Part shown: positions 41,664 to 54,489 of the stretch, piece by piece
How positions within the stretch are numbered: position 1 is the stretch's first letter
Layout of the letters: each line of letters begins with the position of its first letter
Assembly (NCBI RefSeq): GCF_030028105.1
Contig: NC_092398.1
Location: forward strand, 15,498,600-15,562,599
Direction: 5' to 3'
Origin: Mobula birostris
Taxonomy: Eukaryota
Length of the DNA stretch: 64,000 nt
Position numbers and translations under genes: made by a program
The notes under the pieces: generated by a model
Databases searched by the model: none
What the model was told of the DNA's origin: nothing
What the model saw: the letters and a program-made list of their open reading frames with translations, nothing else

Positions 41664-42222
41664 TGTAACATGCTGTAGGGTTTCACTGCTGTGTAACATG
41701 CTGTAAGGCTTCACTGATCATGTAATAGTTTTCTCTGTAGCAGCAATGTTTGGGTTATGACTAGAGATAACGGGGTTAGGAATGCTGTTGTTCTTTCTTG
41801 TGAGCTGGAAGAGAGATTTTCGTGGTCTTTTTGGCGGGGGAGAGATGAGGAGAGAAGACGCGAATGGAGAGAGTTGGTAGACCGCCGGACAGGGTGGACT
41901 TAGAACAAGGGTCCGAAGGGCAGCGACGATCGGAGGAGGTCGATGGTGGACGATCGACTTATCAGTGAGCTCCAACATTGCGCAACAGATTATTTAATAA
42001 GATTGGGCCCTTTTTGTTTCTTTACTAACCATATAGTCAAAGTAAGAAATATAAAGCTTAATCATTTAATCCCATATTGTGTATTGTCTGTTGTTTCGGG
42101 GTACTGATTTGTAACAGGGGACACATCGCACAGAATCCACCCAAATGAGATTTTTTTTAAGTTTGGCCGGGCCGGGGGCTATCACCCCATATATTAAGCC
42201 GCTAGCAGAAGTGAGAGTTACA
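41664..42222. mobile_element. Solo LTR (about 560 bp) inserted in a CR1 fragment
   Basis: Termini TGTAAC..GTTACA; near-TSD TCTA/TCTG; a 28-bp tandem duplication at the left end; the flanks rejoin into CR1 sequence. Confidence 0.7.
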
Positions 42223-43334
42223 TCTGTATCTGTACATCAAGATCCCTCTATTCCTCAGTACTCCCTCAGACCCTACCATTCAGGGAATGTCCTACCCTTA
42301 TTTAACTGAAGGTAAGTGTTGTCTCACAGTTACCAAGATTAAATTCTGTGTGGCCATGGCAATTTAAATATTTCAGGGCCCCAACAGTCTCCACTGTTGT
42401 CACCCACAGTAGCCTGAGATACATCTAATCCGGCACTGGGGATTTATCCACCTTTGACCCTGCTAAGACATCTAATATCACCTCCTTTGTTAATCTTCAT
42501 CTGCTCTGGAATTTCACTGCACCAACTGAAATCTCCAAACACAATGCCTTTCTCTTGGTGAATACAGCTGAGAGTTATTCATTTCAGACCCTGCCCACCT
42601 CCTCTGGTCCCGTACACAGGGTGTCACTTTGCTCCACAAAAGGCTCCACTCATCCCCTGGTTACACTCTTGTTCCTAAAATCCTTAAAGTACTCATTAAA
42701 ATGTATATATTATTAACATTTGATGAGCATACCCTTAATCTTTCCTTCCACTGGTAATTCAGGGCTTGTCTTTGCCCTTCTAATTTCTCCCTTCAAACTC
42801 TCCACATACTCTCTCCATGATGAGTCTTTCCCTTTTACATTAGGAGAGTTTTAGACTCCTCTAAACTTTTTGCCCCTTTCCAGCTTAATGACATTCTTCC
42901 TATAAATGGGTGAGTAGAACCACACATAATATATTGTGGTCTCACCAGTGGCTTGTACAGAGCCAACATGAAGTCCCAACTCGTGTGCTCCAAGCCACAA
43001 TTGATAAAGGCAATGTGCCAAATGCCTTCCTCGCCACCCTGTCTACATCTTTGGAGAACTATGTGCTTGTACTCCTTGGTCTATGTGTTCTCCAACACGC
43101 TTGAGGACCCTACTTGTTGCCACAGATACACCTGCGTGTGTATCATGAACACTGATCAAATTATTCTGTTAATTTATCTGCCTTTTCCTTGTTAGTTTTA
43201 TTTTTCATCTCTTCTCACTGCTTCTTGAAATATTCTCTGTACTCTGGCCTACAAGCAACCTTTGCCTCTTGATATGGTCTTTGGTTCTATATTTACCTTG
43301 ACGATTTTGGCTGACCACAGATGTTTCATATTTC

Positions 43335-46300
43335 ATAGAAACATAGAAGATAGGTGCAGGAGTAGGCCATTCGGCCCTTTGAGCCTGCACCGCCATTCAA
43401 TATGATCATGGCTGATCATCCAACTCAGAACCCTGTACCAGCCTTCCCTCTATACACCCTGATCCCTTTAGCCACAAGGACCATATCTAACTCCCTCTTA
43501 AATATAGCCAATGAACTGGCCTCAACTGTTTCCTGTGGCAGACAATTCCACAGATTCACCGCTCTCTGTGTGAAGAAGTTTTTCCTCATCTTGGTCCTAA
43601 AAGGCTTCCCATTTATCCTCAAGCTGTGACCCCTCATTCTGGACTTGCCCAACATCGGGAACAATTTTCCTGCATCTAGCTTGTCCAATCCCTTCAGGAT
43701 TTTATATGTTTCAATAAGATCCCCCGCTCAATCTTCTAAATTCCAATGAGTATAAGCCTAGTCGATCCAGTCTTTCCTCATATGAAAGTCCTGCCATCCC
43801 AGGAATCAATCTGGTGAACCTTCTTTGTACTCCGTCTGTAGCAAGAATGTCTTTTCTCAGATTAGAGGACCAAAACTGCACACAATACTCCAGGTGTGGT
43901 CTCACCAAGGCATTGTACAACTGCAGTAGTACCTCCCTGCTCCTCCACTCGAATCCTCTTGCTATGAATGCCAGTATACCATTCGCCTTTTTCACTGCCT
44001 GCTGTACATGCATGCCCACTTTCAATGACTGGTGTATAATAACACCCAGGTCTTGTTGCACCTCCCCTTTTCCTAATGGGTCACCATTCAGATAATAATC
44101 TGTTTTCGTGTTTTTGCCACCAAAGTGGATAACCTCACATTTATGCACATTAAATTGCATCTGCCATGAATTTGCCCACTCACCTAACCTATCCAAGTCA
44201 CCCTGTATCCTATTAGCATCCTCCTCACAGCTAACACTGCTGCCCAGCTTCGTGTCATCCGCAAACTTGGAGATGCTGCATTTAATTCCCTCATCTAAGT
44301 CATTAATATATATTGTAAACAACTGGGGTCCCAGCACTGAGCCTAGCGGTACCCCACTACTCACTACCTGCCATTCTTAAAGGTCCCGTTTATTCCCACT
44401 CTTTGCTTCCTGTCTGCCGACCAATTCTCTATCTACATCAATACCTTACCCCCAATACTGTGTGCTTTAAGTTTGCACACTAATCTCCTGTGTGGGACCT
44501 TGTCAAAAGCTTCTTGAAAATCCAAATATACCACATCCACTGGTTCTCCCCTATCCACTCCACTAGTTACATCCTCAAAAAAATTCTATGAGATTCGTCA
44601 GACATGATTTTCCTTTCACAAATCCATGCTGACTTTGTCCGATTATTTCACCGCTTTCCAAATGTGCTGTTATCACATCTTTGATAACAGACTCTAGCAT
44701 TTTCCCCACCACCGATGTTAGGCTAACCGGTCTATAATTCCCTGGTTTCTCTCCCTCCTTTTTAAAAAAGTGGGGTTACATTAGCCACCCTCCAATCCTC
44801 AGGAACTAGTCAGAATCTAAAGAGTTTTGAAAAATTATCACTAATGCATACACTATTTCTTGGGCTACTTCCTTAAGCATACTGGGATGCAGACCATCTG
44901 GCCCTTGGGATTTATCTGCCTTTAATCCCTTCAATTTACCTAACACCACTTCCCTACTAACATGTATTTCCCTCAGTTCTTCCATCTCACTGGACCCTCT
45001 ATGTCCTACTATTTCCAGAAGAATATTTATGTCCTCCTTACTGAAGACAGAACCAAAGTAGTTATTCATTGAGGAATGTTTGCATCGAGAAACGTGTTTG
45101 CAGACTGGATATTGAACTTTTTACTGTTGGACTTCGGCCACATTCCACCGTGATACAACACTTGGCGGCACAGGAGGTCGTTCCTGCCTGTGGGCATCAA
45201 ACATGCAGCTCCTCCCGTGGAGGGTCAGACACCCTGAGCCAATAGACTGGTCCTGGACTTCTGTGTTTGCATTTTGCTGTTTGATTGTTGGTGGTTTTTG
45301 AATTGTTATATTTACACTCTATCCTTGGTTGGTGCAGCTGTAATGAAACCAAATTTCCCTTGGATTAATAGAGTATATCTATCTATCAATTGGTCTGCCA
45401 TGTCCTTGCTCCCCATAATCAATTCACCTGTTTCTGTATGTAGGGGGCCTACATTTGTCTTAACCAATCTTTTTCTTTTCACAAATCTATAAAAGCTTTT
45501 ACAGTCTGTTTTTATGTTCCCTGCCAGTTTTCTCTCATAATCTTTTTTCCCTTTCCTAATTAAGCCCTTTGCCCTCCTCTGCTGGACTCTGAATTTCTCC
45601 CAGTCCTCAGCTGAGCAACTTTTTCTGGCTAATTTGTATGCTTCTTCTTTGGAATTGATACTATCCCTAATTTCCCTTCAGTCACTGGTGCACTACCTTC
45701 CCTGACTTATTCTTTTGCCATACTGGGATGAACAACTGTTGTAGTTCATCCATGTGATCTTTAAATGCTTGCCATTGCATATCCACCGTCAACCCTTTAA
45801 GTGTCAGTTGCCAGTCTGTCTTAGGTAATTCACGTCTCATACCTTCAAAGTTACTCTTCTTTAAGTTCAGAACCTTTGTTTCTGAATTAACTATATCACT
45901 CTCCATCTTAATGAAGAATTCCACCATATTATGGTCACTCTTACCCAAGGGGCCTCGCACGACAAGATTGCTAACTAACCCTTCCTCGTTGCTCAATACC
46001 CAGCCCAGAATGGCCTGCTCTCTAGTTGGTTCCTCGACATGTTGGTTCAAAAAAACATCCCGCATACATTCCAAGAAATCCTCTTCCTCAGCACCCTTAC
46101 CAATTTGGTTCACCCAATCTATATGTAGATTGAAGTTACCCATTATAACTGCTGTTCCATTATTGCACGCATTTCTAATTTCCTGTTTAATACCATCCCC
46201 AACCTCACTACTACTGTTAGGTGGCCTGTACACAACTCCCACCAGCGTTTTCTGCCCCTTAGTGTTATGCAGCTCTACCCATATCGATTCCACATCCTCC

Positions 46301-46830
46301 CGGCTAATGTCCTTCCTTTCTATTGTGTTAATCTCCTCTCTAACCAGCAATACTATCCCACCTCCTTTTCTTTCATGGCTATCCCTCCTGAATATTGAAT
46401 ATCCCTGAATGTTGAGCTCCCATCCGTGGTCACCCTGGAGCCATGTCTCTGTGATACCAACTATATCATATTCATTAATAACAATCTGCACTTTTAGTTC
46501 ATCCTCCTTGTTACGAATGCTCCTTACATTGACAAACAAAGCCTTCAGGCTTGCTTTTACAACACTCTTAGCACTTATACAATTATGTTGAAAAGTGGCC
46601 CTTTTTGATTTTTGCCCGGGATTTGCCGGCCTGCCACCTTTACTTTTCAGCTTACTACTTTTTTGATTCTACCCTCATTTTACACCCCTCTGTCTCTCTG
46701 CACTTGTTCCCATCCCCCTGTTGTGAACTAACCTCCTCTCTCCAGTGTCTTTAATTTGATTGCCACTCCCGCCCCCCCCCCCAACCATTCTACTTTAACG
46801 TCACCTCGGTAGCCCTCGCAAATCTCCCTG
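43335..46830 (-). mobile_element. Near-complete CR1 LINE ORF2 (APE endonuclease + RT), disrupted
   Basis: ORF 45682-46539 (NVRSI..GITETWL..VYRPP..GKSDH, APE) and ORF 43711-44364 (GVPLGSVLGP..KFADDTK, RT); (TTCTATGT)n tail at about 43335. Confidence 0.93.
45070..45386 (+). mobile_element. Rex1/Babar-like 3' fragment nested in the CR1
   Basis: Interrupts the CR1 at TTATTCA|ATTGGTCTGCC; ends GGATTAATAGAGTATATCTATCTATC. Confidence 0.55.
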
Positions 46831-47310
46831 GAACCTTGGATGTCTAGAGAGGTGATGAATTTAGTCAGGAAGAAAAAGGAAAAGTATGTAAAGCTTCAGA
46901 AGTTAAGATCAAATGAAACACGTGAGGATGATAAAGAAACCAGAAAAGAACTAAAGAAGGGATTTACAAAAGATAGGAGGAGCCTTGAAAAGTTCTTGGC
47001 CAGGAGGAATAAGGTGAATCCCAAGACATTGCATACGTACATCAAAAACAACAGAATAACCAGGGAGAGAGTGGGGCCACTCAAGGATAAAGGAGAAGCA
47101 TTTGCTTAGATCTGGAGAATTCGTGTCAGGTACTTAATGAGTACATTGCTTCAGAAGTTACCATGTGAAAAGATATGGAAGACCAGGAGATCAGTGCTGA
47201 GTGTATAAACATGTTAAGGCATTTGGAAGTCAAGGAGGAGGAAGCATTGGGCCTCCTCATGAGTATTAAGGTGGGTAAGTCCACATGGCCTGATAGGATT
47301 TACCCCAGTA
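46831..47310 (+). mobile_element. CR1 ORF2 tether-region fragment
   Basis: ORFs 46840-47109 (NPKTLHTYIK..RVGPLKD) and 47175-47411 (KSTWPDRIYP). Confidence 0.75.
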
Positions 47311-47399
47311 TGCCATACAGTTGCAGCAGAATCTCCCTGCTCTTCAATTCAAAACCTCTTGCGATGATGGTCAACATTCCTTTTGCCTTTTTGATAGCC

Positions 47400-47905
47400 C
47401 AGGTAGACTGAGTGAATGAATCTCTTCCCAGACACAGAAAAGGTGAAGTATCCCTCACTGATCTGAATTTTCTGGTGCATCTTCAGCTTGGACGACTGCA
47501 CGTATCACCTCCCACAGATAGAACAGGTGAACCATCTCACTACGGTGTGAACGTGCTGATATATCTTCAGTCTGGATGAGTGAATAGATCCCTCCCATAC
47601 ACAGAGCAGGTGTCCGTCGCCCAGTCAATGCAGTTGAGGAACTAATCTCCATTGAACAAATGCTGCTGTGTTCACAGCATCCCATTTCGAGTCGATTACA
47701 CTGACTCAAAACACAAAACCTCATTTCAGACACAAAGCAGGTTTCCAGCTGACACGAGATACCTCTTCATCTCCACTGACCCACAACAGATATATTGGTG
47801 TTAGAAAGGAAATTTCTGGTCTCTCCTTAAATACTTGTACAGCAACAGCAAAACTGACCTGTAGTCTTTGAGATTCCTGTGCACAAACTCTTTGCTGTTT
47901 CTAAC
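47400..47905 (-). pseudogene. Decayed C2H2 zinc-finger terminal exon
   Basis: Acceptor TTTGTAAATCTTTTTACAG|GTTAG at 47905; downstream broken finger remnants (FTCSICGR, SSKLKMHQKI, SGKRFIHS). Confidence 0.6.
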
Positions 47906-48833
47906 CTGTAAAAAGATTTACAAAAGACACCAATGCATGAAGGACAATATTTCGGATGAGATCATTGCCATCTCTATGGTGAGCGATGACCTCACACTGT
48001 TACACTGAGGTTTTACACAAATTGGAAGAACAACTTCTCATCTTTTAACTGGGCACAGGTCAGGCATCTGGACTGAGCACCCAATTCTCCGCTTTCCTGT
48101 CTGTATCAGAATAGGCAATTTCTGCGCATCATCAACCTGTGACTTGGCTCAGTCTGTCTCCATCAGTATTACTTCAACTTCTGCTCACGTCCCACAATGC
48201 CACAAAGAGCACATTATGTTGCATGGCCGATCCTGGAGACTTTCTAATTACTCCAGGTGATTGACCGTGGTGAACTAATGGCAATGCCAATGAATATGAA
48301 GGGACGTACAGTAGGATTTGTTATTGGAGAGTGGCACATTAGTGATGTGAAAGCTACAGGTCACTTGTTACCCAGTACCTAGTGAGAATGGTACAAAAAT
48401 ATGTTCTAATGGGTAGAAAGGTCCAGGAGGTAAATCAAATGTGATTTTCTCAAGAACTGAAGCTGATGGAAGGATTTTGTTCTTTTTTAATTTTTATGTT
48501 TTTATATTTCTGCCAGGGCAACTAAATCCACCAAACTGGGCTATGTTCTTCTGCTACTGACAACCAAAGGAGTTAGGTTTTGAAACAATTCTCTTACTCT
48601 CCACAGATACTGCCTGATCTATCAAGTATTCCACGCGGTGTTTATTTTCCCTTGCACCTTGCTGGCACAGACTCCAAACTTAGATAACTGCCTCGTTCTA
48701 ATTCTCCACGGGACTAAGAGGGGGATTCGAAAACGGACACGAGCTTATCAGTTATATAAATGAAACAGAACATTATAGACGGAAATTTCATGTGGAGGTT
48801 GTACAATTCTGGGACTCATATCATTGGATGGCA

Positions 48834-50093
48834 GGTCCTAACCAATACAATGTGAGTGGATCCCAGAATCAGACGGTTTAAGTCTCCGTACAGGCATCAG
48901 GACCTAAACCAGTTATTGCTATGCATGTGTGCACGGTACCTTTAACAAATTCAAAAATTTTGCTCTGACACTTAGTAATATCACCGAAAAAAGTGATTCC
49001 ATATATCTGACCCGAGATATCTTCCCGTTCAATTTCTCACCTGTTGAGTAATGCCTCGCGTTTCCCACTGGGGAAGGGCGAGCAATGTATCCACCTGCCG
49101 GGCAATGTATTTCCCTCAAGCAGCGTATTGTCACCCTCACTGCACACATTAACACCAAACCCAGTGTTATCAGGAACTCTGGGCAATTTTATTCCCTCAT
49201 CCTATTGGCAAAAAGACTCAACAACAATCCTCAGAATGGCCGACTTGTCCAACCTCCCTGAACGGTCAACATCCGTTTACTGCTTTTCTCTCTGTTTAAG
49301 GCAAGCGAAAGCTTTATTCAATTTTCATTACAAACATTTCTGCGCACATTAACCAGGGTGTTCCTGCAATACGAAGTTACTCTACCCAATCATTCAGCCT
49401 TATCTATTCTGTTGGAAAATACCGAATAGATATGTCAGAGATTTTCTTTACAATCCCTTTTTAAAAATTTGGTTATTCCGACTATTTCTTACGTTGTTGT
49501 CCTCTGATAGTTAAATGCCTCCAGGTCTAACTCTTGAATGGTTCTTCCTGAGCTTCAAAGTTGTGACTCATCCTCACAGCACAGATGTTGCTTTAATCCT
49601 CCTTGCTTAAAGAGCCAGGACGATCACATTGCATGAAGCCACCCGCCACAGTGACTGAAGAAGTGCTTAAACTCATCAATTAACCCGTGACGAAGTGGTG
49701 ACAATCCTTCTGCACTTCTCATGAGGCTTCAGGGCTGGTGAATCGGTCACTGCCTCCCGGCTGCGTGTCTGTGAATTGAAGCAATGTTCCGAACATTGTG
49801 AACTGTGGTGAGAATAGGAACCTATATTATGGATTTTGGATGAGTCTCAATACGGTTTACTTTGTTTTATCTTATCGTGACAGTCTGAATCTGAAGCATT
49901 TCTCTCGCTAGAAGACGAAGAAGAGTTAGTGCAAGTGAACTATCATTATGCCAGCTGCTGGACAACGCGAGGGTTCCGTGGCTTAACTGGTCAAAGCGCC
50001 TGTCTAGTAAACAGGAGATCCTGGGTTCAACTCCCAGCGGAACCTTTAAGTTATGGGGTGATTTGCCATGTGATGAAGGCGGCTTTCAGCAAA
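48834..50093 (+). repeat. Left arm of an inverted duplication containing tRNA-Thr
   Basis: Reverse-complement match to 55117-55978 (e.g. AATACAATGTGAGTGGATCCCAGAATCAG and the tRNA flanks), with indels. Confidence 0.85.
49972..50045 (+). tRNA. tRNA-Thr (anticodon AGT)
   Basis: GGTTCCG/CGGAACC acceptor stem, CCTGT-CTAGTAA-ACAGG anticodon arm, GGTTCAACTCC B box; 74 nt. Confidence 0.9.
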
Positions 50094-50337
50094 GCACTAA
50101 AAATCACAAATTACCCTCTAACAGAACATAATGCCTCAAAAAGGAGCGGAACAATGATACAGTGTATAAAATTCATCGAAAATGTTACAGGTCTGATTGT
50201 TTATGTGTCTCAGAAACATAATGCCGGTTTCAAATAGATGACACTAGCTTGTTTTGCCCTGATATAGCATTTTTACAGTTACAGTTTTTACAGATTGTTT
50301 TACGGTGACCATCATTTACAACATGCAGCCGTGATCT

Positions 50338-50523
50338 NNNNNNNNNNNNNNNNNNNNNNNNNNNNNNNNNNNNNNNNNNNNNNNNNNNNNNNNNNNNNNN
50401 NNNNNNNNNNNNNNNNNNNNNNNNNNNNNNNNNNNNNNNNNNNNNNNNNNNNNNNNNNNNNNNNNNNNNNNNNNNNNNNNNNNNNNNNNNNNNNNNNNNN
50501 NNNNNNNNNNNNNNNNNNNNNNN
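50338..50523. other. Assembly gap (186 N)
   Basis: Run of N characters. Confidence 0.99.
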
Positions 50524-50689
50524 GGGTGAAACGCGAAGTCTTTGAAGTAACTGCAAGACTGTGTCTTTACTGTTGCTTTGCTCACGCTTGAGTGCCCGGT
50601 GGCGGGTGCCCATGATCTTTTTTCTGGTGGGGGAGGGGGGATTGCTGCTTGCTGTCACTTCCGCGAGAGACGGAGGGGAGCTCCAATCT

Positions 50690-51690
50690 GCCTCCCAATC
50701 TGCTCCTCTCTATCTCTGCTGCTACCAGGGGGCCTATAGAATACCCCCAGTAGAGTAACTGCTCCTTTCCTGTTCCTGACTTCCACCCATATTGACTCAA
50801 AAGAGGATCCTGCTACATTACCCACCCTTTCTGTAGCTGTAATAGTATCCCTAACCAGTAATGCCACCCCTCCTCCCCTTTTTCCTCCCTCTCTATCCCT
50901 TTTAAAGCACTAAAATTCAGGAATATTGAGAATCCATTTCTGCCCTGGTGCCAGCCAAGTCTCTGTAATGGCCACTACATCATAATTCCATGTATGTATC
51001 CAAGCTCTCAGTTCATCTCCTTTGTTCCTGATGCTGCTTGCATGAGGTACACACAATTCAGCCCTTCTACCCTACTGTCTTTACACCGTTTATTCTGCTT
51101 CTCTTTCCTCAAAGACACTCTGTATGTTAGATCTGGCTTTACTCCATGCCCCTCTTTCACTGCTCTATCGCTCTGCGTCCCATCCCGCTCACAAATTAGT
51201 TTAAACCCTCCCGAACCATGCTAGCAAACCTAGCTGCAAGGATATTGCTCCCCCTCGAGTTCAGGTGCAACCCATCCAGTCTGTACAGGTCCCACTTTCC
51301 CCAGAAGAGATGCCAATGATCTAAAAATCTAAAACCCTGCTCCTTGCACCAACTCCTCAGCCACGCATTCAACTGCCATCTCCTCCAATTCTTACCATCC
51401 CTGTCACGTAGCACTGGCAGCAATCCTGAGAACGTCACCCTTGAGGTTCTGTTCTTCAGCCTTCTGCCTAATCCCAAAACTCACACTTCAGAACCTCATC
51501 CCTCTTTCTGCCTATGTCGTTGGTCCCAACATGTGTCATGACTTCTGGTTGCTTTCCCTCTCGTACGAGGATGTCGTGCACCCGGTCAGAGACATCCCGG
51601 ACTCTGGCACCCGGGAGGCAACAAACCATGCGGATGTCCTTCTCACGTCCACAAAATCTCCTGTCTGCTCCCCTGAGGAAGGCAATCGGT
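50690..51690 (-). mobile_element. CR1 5' region: ORF1 SGNH/esterase domain plus start of the APE endonuclease
   Basis: ORFs 51468-51710 (VCCLPGARVRDV..HVGTND), 51196-51477 (DGLHLN) and 50655-50867 (ESIWVE..GVFYRPP). Confidence 0.85.
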
Positions 51691-52440
51691 GACAGCGGTG
51701 GTAGATTCATTCACATCCTAATATCAATGCCTAAATACGGTCCAGTACATCGATGACAGCAGTGCTGTAAAGCTTCATCCACACCGCTTGTTCCTAACTT
51801 CACGGTCCTCATCACTGCTGCTGCCATCCTCAGTCTGTGATATTCTGCTGGGAGTAGAAGTACAGCTTGGTGTTCGGATGTGCCAAAGTGCAGGTGCGGC
51901 ATAACACGGTAAGCATTTTTTATGATGGTGTAACAGTGATCGAGTGCTCAGCACGTGCCATGCTGGTGATTGTTGGTCTGAGACTTTCTCAAATGACCTG
52001 GCTGAAGACCCTCGGGATGATTAAGACGGTGTCACAGTGCGCTATCTAGTGATTGTTGATCGTGGTGCTCTGCTCCGTCAGTGCTTGCCTGACGACTGTC
52101 AGGGCTGGAATGTACATCAGTACTAGGATGTTGGCAAAGAACTTCCTTGGTAGGTAGAATGAATGACACCTGATCACTGGCTGTTCTAGGTTTGAGGAAC
52201 AAGTCTGAAACAGGGCTGTCACATCTGAGCATCATAATGAACGAATCATGAAGTAAACACCGTTAGCTCTGTCATTACCTGATGCTGCCGTCCTGTCCAT
52301 TCAATGGATGTTGTAACCCTCGGGCTGGAGAGCTGTTTCCAGTGCGTAGGACTGGGACATGTTGCTGTAAAGCAGAATACACAACGGTCGGTGATGTCCC
52401 ACTGATACTACAATCTAGCTCTGTCTGAGGTCTTCAGTTT
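51690..52440 (-). mobile_element. Rex1/Babar-like endonuclease relic
   Basis: ORF 51711-51902 HFGTSEHQAVLLLP, resembling the APE SDH region of Rex1-type LINEs. Confidence 0.6.
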
Positions 52441-53509
52441 TATATTCTAGATACGGCACTTTCACCAGGATGGCAGGGAACACTTATTTCTTTCTGCATC
52501 TCCTCAGCTACATATTAATCTGTATTATCTTCTTATTTCTGCCTCGCTAGCACACTGTATGGGTATCAATCTGGAGATCTCCACCCTGGAGAAGCTGTCC
52601 CTTAATTTAGCATCTTACTCCTTGAATTCACTTTGCAGGACCTCGTCACTCTTCTAACCCATGCCATTGATACCAACTGGACCACGACCTCTGGCTGCTC
52701 ACTTTCCCCCTGAAGAATTTCCTACTGAGGAATTTGCTAGGAATCCCGCGTTCTGCAGTCAACGTGCAGGAAGTGGCACTGTGCTTCCAAGGTTGTTAGG
52801 CTGAAAACAGCTCACAGGATCTTTCCCGGAACGGCGCGGGTGCTGCGGAAGATCGGCGTCGCTCCGCCTTTTATCCGAGGGAAAGGCCACGCGACATTTT
52901 CTGATCAGACCGAAATTGCTGCTGCGTGAAAGAAAAACGAGCGCAGTGAAGTTTTTTTTTGTTTCATAAATTGCAGGTTTCTTTTCAGGAAGTTTAATTT
53001 TGCACTGAAGTCTGTGCCTGTGGGCTGTACGGCGCGATGCTAGCGTGTTGGCCTTCGACTGACGAGTGACCAAATATAAGTAAAAATGTTTTGTTTCCAG
53101 AGACTGCATTATCTCCGCACTCGGTACAATGATAACCACAGTCAGATTCAAGTGGCGGATAACGTCGCCTGATGATGGAGAATCTTACAATCCAAGACAT
53201 GGTTTGAAGTAATCGAGTCATTCACTCTTCACGCCAATCAAATGATCGCATTTTTCCCTGCGCATCGTGAACCGCGGTTTTGGTCAGGAAAAATGCGGAC
53301 AGAGCCCTCGATCATTGACAAGACGGGAAATAAATTATTAACAATAAGTGTCATATTGATAAGATCGGTGGAAGGGAGCAGTTGGCTAGACAATCTGTTC
53401 AGCCATGACGTAATTGATTGCCAGAGCTTCCTGCTGATGTGTACAAATGTTTGCATTTTTTTCTGGTTTAGGAAAGAACCTGGAACTTGACGCCTCACAA
53501 ACGTACGTG

Positions 53510-53794
53510 TGTAGCGGTGTGCTACACACAGCGCTAGAATAACCACACGGAGTCGGTGAGTTGGAGTTGCGATGAAAGAGATTTATTCAAACTTCGCGGC
53601 CTGCTTTAAAGCCTTCCCGTTCCCGCCCTCCCTGGGAGGGACTACTGTGGGGAATGCATATTCCCAGACCCTTTCCGCGCGCGGGATTTTGCCGCTGCTC
53701 GTGAAGATGTCCTGGCGCCCTTTTTGGCGCCGGCTCTCTGTCTGCGCGCGTTGTTGTGAGCTGGTTCGTGTGTGCTAGAAAGTGGGTCGCTACA
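53510..53794 (-). mobile_element. Solo LTR (285 bp, Gypsy-like)
   Basis: Inverted termini TGTAGCG..CGCTACA; perfect 4-bp TSD CGTG (53506-53509 and 53795-53798); AATAAA on the minus strand at about 53582-53587. Confidence 0.85.
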
Positions 53795-54489
53795 CGTGTA
53801 CAATTTACTTGGGACCTAGTCCCGTTATAAGCACTGTTTAAGGATGGTAATCTTCATTACTTTTCAAATTAAAAATTCTAATTTGGAGGGCAACAGGCAG
53901 TAGAGTGCTGATGGAACAGTTTCCGGCGCAGTGCAATTGCAAGTCAATACTATTTAATCAAACAACTTCAAAAAATCTGTTTCAGTCAAATTGGAGGTTT
54001 GTGGTGGTGAGTTTTAGAACGGCTTTAAATATCCCAGAAAGATCTGAGTATAGATATTGGAGAACCGTTGTCAATGTGAGTGTTTTAATTTGAAATGTTC
54101 GGGTATGGAAGCTGGGATTGGTTGATGTGAATGAAAGGCTTGCAACATTTTGGAGTACATGTGCAAAGGTCGCTGAATGTGACAAGACAGGTCGACTGGG
54201 AGTGAATTTACTCTTTGCATCGGCTGGAAATGTGAATATTTAACCCTAGTGTTCCATTTGTGTGTTGAGAATACTCGTACTGACATCTGGCTGCAATCCG
54301 ACAGTTTGAAGAGGCAGCTCTGTACCAGCGTTCTCTCTGGTCTGTTTTGGGTTGGAAAAAAATGGAAAATTCATGAAGCCTCAAGCACAGTGTGTGGGAG
54401 AATGTTTCAACGCCTACACCGATGGTATAAACTTTGAAGATTAACGTGGTCAACAAATCCAAGTCACTGTATAATGGTTAAAAAAACAT

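Noticed and set aside
43711-46539. 285-aa and 217-aa ORFs as host genes or an active LINE
   Set aside because: They are CR1 endonuclease and RT pieces broken by stops, a deletion and a nested insertion.
50230-50658. ORFs spanning the N run
   Set aside because: Artefacts of the assembly gap.
51196-51710. SGNH/GDSL esterase-like ORFs as a captured enzyme gene
   Set aside because: This is the known esterase domain of CR1 ORF1, directly upstream of the CR1 endonuclease.
53168-53240. TGATGA as a box C/D snoRNA C box
   Set aside because: No suitably placed CTGA D box or terminal stem, and no host intron is evident.
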